Source: Alkalimarinus coralli (GTDB lineage Bacteria; Pseudomonadota; Gammaproteobacteria; Pseudomonadales; Oleiphilaceae). From it: DNA of 24,000 nt. The notes beneath the pieces are model-generated. The model worked only from the letters and a program-made list of their open reading frames with translations. It ran no database searches and was not told the DNA's origin. This document shows positions 11,906 through 18,132 of this stretch, piece by piece; within the stretch, counting starts at the first letter, position 1; every line of letters begins with the position of its first letter. The translations under genes and the position numbers were made by a program. Location of the stretch: assembly GCF_023650515.1 (NCBI RefSeq), contig NZ_CP096016.1, positions 652,513 to 676,512 on the forward strand, read 5' to 3'.

Positions 11906-12122
11906 TGAGTGAATATCCTGCTGATGGGGTTATGCGCAAATAGGCTTCCGCATTATGAATGGGCAGCCGTCGATAATATTGTTACGATAACATAAAATTG
12001 ATTCAGTATTGCTGGCACCCTTTAGCAGGCAATGCTCATTCTCGGGATTTGGCTATAGTGTAACTGTTGAGCAGTATGCTGAGATATTGCCCGTTATAAT
12101 TGGAATAACAGTGGAGTGAAGT

Positions 12123-12884
12123 GTGGCGACGTTAGAATCGGTTGTTAAGCAGGCAAATCAGTGGATGTTAGAGCGCCCCATATCTGACTATTGCCCCAAT
12201 GGGTTACAGGTAGAAGGAAGAGCAGAGGTCAAAAAAATAGTAACTGGCGTGACGGCGTGCCAAGCATTGGTTGACGAGGCTATTGCACGGGGGGCTGATT
12301 TGCTGCTAGTGCACCATGGGTATTTCTGGAAAGGTGAAGCTCCAAATATCGTCGGCATAAAAAAGGCACGACTAAAGGCGCTTCTTCAAAATGATATCAG
12401 CATGCTGGCATACCATCTTCCATTAGATGTACATCCGGAGTTAGGTAACAATGTTCAATTGGCTAAGCTGCTAGGGCTCACTGTGAGTGGTCCGCTGGAT
12501 GAAGGTGCTCGCCCAAGCATTGGTTTAGTTGGGCAGTTACAAGCTCCGTTGACGGTTAGCGAGTTTACTAACTTGTTGAATGAAAAACTAAATCGTGCTC
12601 CTCAAGTTATTTCAAATGATGACAAAAGCCTTATAAGACGAGTCGGTTGGTGTACGGGGGCCGCGCAAGGTTATATTGAGAAAGCGATAGCTGCTCAGGT
12701 AGATGCATATATCAGCGGGGAGATCTCAGAGCCTACCGTTCATGTGGCGAGGGAGAGCGGAGTACACTATTTTGCAGCGGGGCATCATGCCACTGAACGT
12801 TATGGGGTGATTGCGTTAGGTGATAAATTAGCTGAGGCGTTTAACATTGAGCATGAATTTGTCGATATAGATAACCCGGTTTAA
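12123..12884 (+). CDS. Nif3-family dinuclear metal centre protein (YbgI-like)
   Basis: 253 aa, GTG start. Motifs DLLLVHHGYFWKG, AYHLPLDVHPELGNN and AAGHHATERYG are typical of the Nif3/YbgI family. Confidence 0.8.
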   Translation: MATLESVVKQANQWMLERPISDYCPNGLQVEGRAEVKKIVTGVTACQALVDEAIARGADLLLVHHGYFWKGEAPNIVGIKKARLKALLQNDISMLAYHLPLDVHPELGNNVQLAKLLGLTVSGPLDEGARPSIGLVGQLQAPLTVSEFTNLLNEKLNRAPQVISNDDKSLIRRVGWCTGAAQGYIEKAIAAQVDAYISGEISEPTVHVARESGVHYFAAGHHATERYGVIALGDKLAEAFNIEHEFVDIDNPV

Positions 12885-12964
12885 CTGTATTTGTTATCGA
12901 AAGAACAGGGGTGGGCATCGCATTTAGGGCAAGGGACAATGTACAAGCATTTGATGTCCTGCAT

Positions 12965-13018
12965 GGCACTGTTCTTTTCTTTGGTGCTGTTCTTATCTTT
13001 GATGCTGTTCTCATCTAA
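12965..13018. repeat. Three imperfect tandem copies of an 18-bp unit
   Basis: The copies are GGCACTGTTCTTTTCTTT (12965-12982), GGTGCTGTTCTTATCTTT (12983-13000) and GATGCTGTTCTCATCTAA (13001-13018). Adjacent copies match at 15/18 and 14/18. They lie in the 155-bp spacer between the convergent Nif3 gene and zapG. Confidence 0.75.
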
Positions 13019-13039
13019 TACAGGTGTAATAACCCGGAA

Positions 13040-13516
13040 TTAGTCAGAGGCACCTTTTTCTTTTGGTTTGCCTTTTAGGCCAAACTCTTCGGACAGCGTT
13101 CCTTGTTCTTCGTTGGTTTTGGGGGCGTAATCCCTCGGTGGCTCAGCGTATATCTCTTCAATTTCTTCAAGCTTGCCATTTTCTTCTGAAGAATCTTTCG
13201 TGTTTTCAGTTGAAAGTTGTAATAGATTGTTTGCATTGTCTTCGCTGCAAAGTTCCGTTGCGCCCCGTGCTAAGTGATTATGTATTTCACGGTAATCTTC
13301 ATTTAACCGATTGATTAGTTGCGCAGTTTGCACAAAATGGTCGCTAACTTGAGCTTGGTAGCGCGTGTGTTTTTGTTGCAGTTCATCCATTTGTCTTTCT
13401 ACCCTTTTGCTGCGGCCACCGTCGTTCACTACCAGGCGATAAATCAATGCGCCAACGAGTGCACCAGACAGGAATGCAATAATGCCAATAGAGAGAAAAG
13501 TTTCCATTTCGTTCAT
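13040..13516 (-). CDS. zapG: YhcB/ZapG-family (DUF1043) inner-membrane protein
   Basis: 158 aa. N-terminal TM helix (FLSIGIIAFLSGALVGALIY), then a coiled-coil and an acidic tail. Divergent from zapE, as yhcB and yhcM are in E. coli. Confidence 0.7.
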   Translation of the reverse strand: MNEMETFLSIGIIAFLSGALVGALIYRLVVNDGGRSKRVERQMDELQQKHTRYQAQVSDHFVQTAQLINRLNEDYREIHNHLARGATELCSEDNANNLLQLSTENTKDSSEENGKLEEIEEIYAEPPRDYAPKTNEEQGTLSEEFGLKGKPKEKGASD

Positions 13517-13780
13517 CGTTATTTTACCTGAGTGTTTGATGTTGGCTAAATAAGTTGTGTCGCCTGGGGATTATTTTAGCTCAAACGTTTGGCCGATTGT
13601 TAGCTTTAATATTTAAGCCCTTATTTCAAGTGCGTGTGCTTAAATGTGAATATCAATAGTATAACTTGCATAAATGCGCGCTGGTGAAAGGTTTTAAGAT
13701 TGGCCTTTAACGGTGATAAAAGGCAAAATATGCGCCGCGAAACTCTGATTAGCCTTTTTTCAAGAAAGAGAATTACTGGA

Positions 13781-14890
13781 ATGCCTCATTTATCCCCAAT
13801 TGAACAATATCAACACGATTTGAAAAATAGTGGATTTATGCGCGACTCTGCGCAAGAAAATGCTATTAATCATCTTCAGGCGCTTTATGAAAAGCTGGTT
13901 GATGCGGAAAAAAACCAAAAGAAGGGGCGGTTTGCCAAGCTGGCGGCAAAGGTTCAGCGTAAAAAGGCTGCACCTATTAAAGGATTATATTTCTGGGGAG
14001 GGGTAGGTCGAGGAAAAACCTACTTAATGGATATATTTTTTGAGAGTTTGCCTTTTGATCGAAAAATGAGAGTGCACTTTCACCGTTTTATGCAGAGAGT
14101 TCACCATGAACTCGCTGAACTAGAAGGGCAGGCTAACCCATTGGTCGATGTTGCAAAACGTTTTAGTGATGAGGCTAGAGTTATCTGCTTTGATGAGTTT
14201 TTTGTTACAGATATTGGTGATGCAATGATTCTGGGTGGGTTAATGAAAGAGTTGTTTGCTAATGGTGTTTCACTGGTTTGTACATCGAATATAGTGCCCG
14301 ACGGTCTTTACAAGGATGGTTTGCAGCGAGCCCGATTCTTGCCAGCTATTGCATTAGTCAATGAGCACACAGATGTTGTAAATGTTGATGGCGGGACAGA
14401 TTACCGTTTGCGCTCACTTGAGCAAGCGGAGTTATATCATTTTCCATTGGATGATGGGGCAGATAAAAGCTTGGAAGAGAGTTATGGCAGCCTAGCCCTG
14501 GAAGCAGGTGTTCATGGTTTGGCGTTAGACGTTAATGGTCGCCAACTTACTGCCAGAAAGCACTCTGATGACGTTGTCTGGTTTGAGTTTAAAGAGCTGT
14601 GTGATGGGCCTAGGAGTCAAAACGACTACATTGAGCTTGCTCGAGAGTTTCATGCGGTTTTAGTAAGCAATGTGCCTGTGATGGGGGGAGATACCGATGA
14701 TCAGGCAAGACGTTTTATCAATATGATTGATGAGTTTTATGATCGAAATGTGAAAGTTATTATTTCGGCAGAAGCGCCTATTCACAAGCTCTACAGTGGT
14801 GGAAAGCTCAATTTCGAGTTTGAGCGAACTGAAAGCCGCTTACTTGAGATGCAATCTCATGAATATCTGGAAGCGCCACATAAGCCTTGA
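13781..14890 (+). CDS. zapE: Cell division protein ZapE (AFG1-like ATPase, YhcM)
   Basis: Track ORF 13700-14890 has a TTG start. The ATG at 13781 (MPHLSPIEQYQHDLK) matches the ZapE N-terminus. Walker A GGVGRGKTYLMD and Walker B VICFDEF. The stop TGA at 14888-14890 abuts the IS. Confidence 0.85.
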   Translation: MPHLSPIEQYQHDLKNSGFMRDSAQENAINHLQALYEKLVDAEKNQKKGRFAKLAAKVQRKKAAPIKGLYFWGGVGRGKTYLMDIFFESLPFDRKMRVHFHRFMQRVHHELAELEGQANPLVDVAKRFSDEARVICFDEFFVTDIGDAMILGGLMKELFANGVSLVCTSNIVPDGLYKDGLQRARFLPAIALVNEHTDVVNVDGGTDYRLRSLEQAELYHFPLDDGADKSLEESYGSLALEAGVHGLALDVNGRQLTARKHSDDVVWFEFKELCDGPRSQNDYIELAREFHAVLVSNVPVMGGDTDDQARRFINMIDEFYDRNVKVIISAEAPIHKLYSGGKLNFEFERTESRLLEMQSHEYLEAPHKP

Positions 14891-14909
14891 GTACAGTCGT
14901 ATCTCCTTC

Positions 14910-14921
14910 CATCACGGCTAC
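14910..14921. repeat. Left subterminal inverted repeat (IRL) of the IS
   Basis: CATCACGGCTAC is the exact reverse complement of 16531-16542. Confidence 0.8.
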
Positions 14922-15030
14922 AACTGCACATAAGCAATATAGGGTAATGGTATGGACCCGCTTACCAAACGGCTTCAAATGAGCCATGATGAGATTTGCA
15001 TATAACATCAACAGGTAAGGGGTCCACAAA

Positions 15031-16056
15031 ATGAATACTATCACCTATGGTTTGGATTTGGCCAAAAATATCTTTCACGTACATGCAGTCACAAGCAAGG
15101 GTGAGATTGAGATCAAGAAAAAGCTTCGCAGGAAAGAGGTGTTAGCTTTTTTCGCCAAGCGAGAGCCAGGGTTGATAGGCATGGAAGCGTGTGGCGGCTC
15201 TCATTACTGGGCGCGTGAGCTAACAAGGTTGGGTTATACCGCCCGATTAATGAGTCCACAGTTTGTTAAGCCCTATATTAAAGGAAATAAAAATGACGCT
15301 AATGACGCAGAAGGGATATGCGAAGCGGTAACACGACCCAATATGAGGTTTGTGGCGGTAAAAAGCAGCGCACAGCAAGATATATTAATGCTACACAGGG
15401 TGCGAACACAGAGGATCAAGCAGCGGACAGCACTCGCAAACCAGACGAGAGGTCTCTTAAGTGAATATGGGATTGTTATACCGATAGGTATCAGCAATGT
15501 TCGGAAGCATCTTATTGATATTCTGACTGATGCTGATGAAAAAAGGCTAAGTGAATTTGTACGGCCACATTTCAATAGTTTATATGAGGAGTTGCTTCAT
15601 ATTGACGGGTTGGTAAAAGAAATAGATGTAGCATTGAAAACCTATTTCAACACCAGTAAGGACTGTCAGCGGTTAGCAAGCTTGCCGGGGGTTAGTGTCA
15701 TTACAGCAACGGCATTAGTAGGATATTTAGGCGATGTCAGCAATTTCAATAATGGCAGGGAGTTGGCGGCCTACCTAGGCTTAGTGCCTAGACAGCATTC
15801 AACTGGAGGAAGAGAGCTTCTGCTTGGAATTAGTAAACGGGGAGACAGTTACCTTCGAACCCTTCTAATTCATGGCGCGAGGTCTGTACTGAAAGCAGCC
15901 TCAGAGAAGAAAGATAAAGATAGTCTTTGGTTAATGAACTTGCATGCTCGACGTGGTTACAATAAAGCCGCAGTAGGACAAGCTAACAAAACGGCTCGAC
16001 GTATTTGGGCTCTTTTATCAAACGAAACACAGTACGAGGTTAAACAAGCAGCATAG
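15031..16056 (+). CDS. IS110-family DEDD transposase/recombinase
   Basis: 341 aa. The N-terminal RuvC-like DEDD region has YGLDLAK, GMEACGG and NDANDAEGI. The C-terminal Transposase_20-type region reads LASLPGVSVITATALVGYLGDVSNFNNGRELAAYLGLVPRQHSTGGRELLLGISKRGDSYLR. An AAGGGG RBS lies upstream. Confidence 0.92.
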   Translation: MNTITYGLDLAKNIFHVHAVTSKGEIEIKKKLRRKEVLAFFAKREPGLIGMEACGGSHYWARELTRLGYTARLMSPQFVKPYIKGNKNDANDAEGICEAVTRPNMRFVAVKSSAQQDILMLHRVRTQRIKQRTALANQTRGLLSEYGIVIPIGISNVRKHLIDILTDADEKRLSEFVRPHFNSLYEELLHIDGLVKEIDVALKTYFNTSKDCQRLASLPGVSVITATALVGYLGDVSNFNNGRELAAYLGLVPRQHSTGGRELLLGISKRGDSYLRTLLIHGARSVLKAASEKKDKDSLWLMNLHARRGYNKAAVGQANKTARRIWALLSNETQYEVKQAA

Positions 16057-16200
16057 CTGCATGTCAATACACGGTTAAGAGGCAAGGAGTAAGAAGAGTA
16101 AACGGCAGGTTATCTTGCCACTAAATTGCAAAACAGATTCATCGAATGGTAAGACAGATAAGACCGTCTTCTGTGTCACCTGAGAAGCGCACGGGCTCTT

Positions 16201-16543
16201 AGAAGCCGATAGGGTGATGAGTACACTGGAAGAGCGGAATTCCATTGCGGCCGAAGAAAATAAACGTTCTTCACCTGTAGGCCGGATATATGCGAGCAGT
16301 CAATACCTAGAAGATCACTCACCGAATCTGGTTGCAATAAACAGCGGGTCCATATATGCGCTTGCGCACCATTGTATATCTGGGATATTTCGTAATCGTT
16401 GCGGCAACCGGTGCGCAAGCGCACCCTATAATTTAATTCCACATGTGTCAGTTAAGAGGCACTGCTTGCTGACTTGGATAAACCCTGATTCCGCTTTGCT
16501 GCACTAAGGCTGCCAGTGCTAACTAAGACGGTAGCCGTGATGA
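16201..16543 (+). ncRNA. Candidate IS1111-type guide RNA (bridge RNA / seekRNA) region in the 3' non-coding part of the IS; the transcript ends are unknown
   Basis: The region has no credible ORF. It contains a 12/12 copy of the predicted RE|LE junction (16214-16225), a 12-nt complement of the LE leader (16343-16354) and a perfect 14-bp stem (16357-16370 / 16410-16423). It also has an 18-nt segment (16483-16500) complementary to the right chromosomal flank (16544-16561; 16/18, one mismatch being G-U). The structure was read by eye, not modelled. Confidence 0.35.
16531..16542. repeat. Right subterminal inverted repeat (IRR) of the IS
   Basis: GTAGCCGTGATG is the exact reverse complement of 14910-14921. 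Confidence 0.8.
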
Positions 16544-16577
16544 AGCGAAGCGGAATCAAGGAAAGGCTCTATAATGG

Positions 16578-17762
16578 TTAGATCAATTCAATCGCCATAG
16601 CTGTCGCCTCGCCACCGCCAATACACAATGCTGCAACGCCGCGTTTTTTACCGTACTGCTTAAGTGCGTACATCAGTGTAACGAGAAGACGGGAACCTGT
16701 TGATCCTACCGGGTGCCCTTGTGCGCATGCTCCGCCGTGCACATTAACCTTTTGCGGGTCTAGTCCAAGCTCTTTGATAGGCATCATTGCGACCATTGCG
16801 AATGCTTCGTTGATTTCAAACAGGTCAACGTCGTCTTTGCTCCAGTTTGCTTTTTCCAGAACTTTTTCGATTGCACCAACGGGGGCGATAGTAAACTCTG
16901 ACGGGTGTTGGGATTGCGTGCTATGAGCAACAATGCGCGCTAGGGGTTTTAGCCCCTTGGCGTTAGCTTCAGACTCGCTCATTAGCACCAGTGCAGAGGC
17001 GCCATCAGAAATAGAAGAGGCGTTTGCGGCAGTAATCGTGCCGTCTTTTGCGAAAGCAGGACGGAGTGACGGAATCTTCTCAATATTAGCGTTATGCGGT
17101 TGTTCATCATCCTTAACTACGGTTTCACCTTTGCGGCTTTTAACGGTGATTGGGATGATCTCTTGCTCTAACGAGCCATCTTCAATTGCCTTTTGAGCAC
17201 GTTTCAGAGAGTTGATAGCATAGTCATCCATTTCTTCGCGGGTATATCCCTTCTGGCTGGCTACATCTTGGGCAAATGAGCCCATGAGTCGACCCGTTTC
17301 GGCATCTTCCAGCCCGTCCAGAAACATGTGATCCATCGCTTGATCGCCGTGCCCCATACGGTATCCTTTTCTAGCGTTAAGGAGTATGTAGGGCGCGTTA
17401 GACATACTTTCCATTCCGCCTGCGACCATGACGTTGTTGCTCCCTGCTTTTATAAGGTCGTGTGCAAGCATCGCAGCTTTCATGCCTGACCCGCAAAGCT
17501 TGTTGATGGTGGTGCAGCCCGTCGCGTCGGGCAGCCCGGCTTGTCTTGAAGCCTGGCGGGCAGGGCCTTGTTTCAGGCCTGCAGGCAATACGTTACCCAT
17601 TATGACTTCTTGAACATCTTCAGGTTTAATACCTGCTCTAAGAACAGCTTCTCTAATAGCGGTTGAACCTAGCTCTGTCGCGCTAATACTGCTTAGGCTT
17701 CCCTGAAACCCTCCCATTGGCGTTCTGGCACCACTTACAATTACAACGTTTTCTACCGACAT
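16578..17762 (-). CDS. Acetyl-CoA C-acetyltransferase (thiolase II family)
   Basis: 394 aa. MSVENVVIVSGARTPMGGFQGSL N-terminus, active-site Cys context INKLCGSGMKA and C-terminal GGACAQGHPVGSTGSR...LCIGGGEATAMAIE. Confidence 0.9.
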   Translation of the reverse strand: MSVENVVIVSGARTPMGGFQGSLSSISATELGSTAIREAVLRAGIKPEDVQEVIMGNVLPAGLKQGPARQASRQAGLPDATGCTTINKLCGSGMKAAMLAHDLIKAGSNNVMVAGGMESMSNAPYILLNARKGYRMGHGDQAMDHMFLDGLEDAETGRLMGSFAQDVASQKGYTREEMDDYAINSLKRAQKAIEDGSLEQEIIPITVKSRKGETVVKDDEQPHNANIEKIPSLRPAFAKDGTITAANASSISDGASALVLMSESEANAKGLKPLARIVAHSTQSQHPSEFTIAPVGAIEKVLEKANWSKDDVDLFEINEAFAMVAMMPIKELGLDPQKVNVHGGACAQGHPVGSTGSRLLVTLMYALKQYGKKRGVAALCIGGGEATAMAIELI

Positions 17763-18132
17763 ATCAAGGCCTCGTCCTGTCTATATATTGAACTGTTATC
17801 GAGTCATTCTAAAAAAGTGTATTTTACCTTTTTTGATGCAATAGCTGAAATGCATAATGCATAAACGCAACATAATTCTTAGGTTTCCCAGCTAACAGGC
17901 TGAAAAAAATCAGATTTAAAATTGGTTGAATCTTAAATTAGCGTCTATAGTTGCCTTAGGTTCCAAACACTGATTTTGAGTTTGTTAAATAGGTAATCAT
18001 ACCTAAATCATACTTTTGACTGATAAAAATCTGTATTTTGCTTAGCTATAGTGCGACAACTGATATAAAAGTTAGATTACTAAAACAAGTATTGCAGCGT
18101 ATCAAATAAAAATATTGACGGAGTAGCGTTCG

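Larger units (their letters stand above)
14891..16543 (+). mobile_element. IS110-family insertion sequence with IS1111-type architecture (subterminal IRs, long 3' non-coding region); the boundaries are inferred
   Basis: A DEDD transposase gene is bracketed by perfect 12-bp subterminal inverted repeats. TGA is present at both proposed junctions (14888-14890 and 16541-16543). Removing 14891-16543 restores a small palindrome: CCTTGA at 14885-14890 pairs with TCAAGG at 16556-16561. The presence of an IS is near certain. The exact ends are not. Confidence 0.6.

Noticed and set aside
13611-13645. 8-bp inverted repeat ATTTAAGC...GCTTAAAT (19-nt spacer) in the zapG/zapE divergent promoter region.
   Set aside because: The arms are AT-rich, the context is a promoter region, and it is a single occurrence. 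That is not enough to call an operator or an RNA element.
14808-15044. 78-aa minus-strand ORF spanning the zapE 3' end, the IS left end and the transposase start.
   Set aside because: It crosses the chromosome/IS boundary and overlaps two well-supported genes on the other strand. It has no recognisable features.
16427-16432. Perfect TATAAT hexamer just after the 14-bp stem, considered as the promoter of a small RNA or an outward-reading IS promoter.
   Set aside because: There is no acceptable -35 at 16-19 bp spacing. The nearest TTGCGG is 22 nt away. A lone -10 hexamer cannot support a promoter call.
16214-16507. 97-aa plus-strand ORF (MMSTLEERNSIAAEENKRSS...) and the overlapping 88-aa minus-strand ORF (16176-16442) inside the IS 3' non-coding region. 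The plus-strand ORF begins exactly at the junction-mimic GTGATG.
   Set aside because: Neither has a recognisable domain. The only Shine-Dalgarno-like sequence is AGGG, 2 nt from the ATG. The composition is not protein-like, and the two ORFs overlap each other on opposite strands. The region is saturated with inverted and direct repeats that are better explained as RNA or DNA structure. I cannot rigorously exclude a small passenger protein.
17990-18005. Palindrome TAGGTA-ATCA-TACCTA in the thiolase/DUF1302 divergent control region, considered as an operator for the adjacent LuxR-family regulator.
   Set aside because: A 6+6 palindrome with a short spacer is roughly expected by chance in 370 bp of AT-rich sequence. 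I know of no consensus for this regulator. Recorded only as a site to test.
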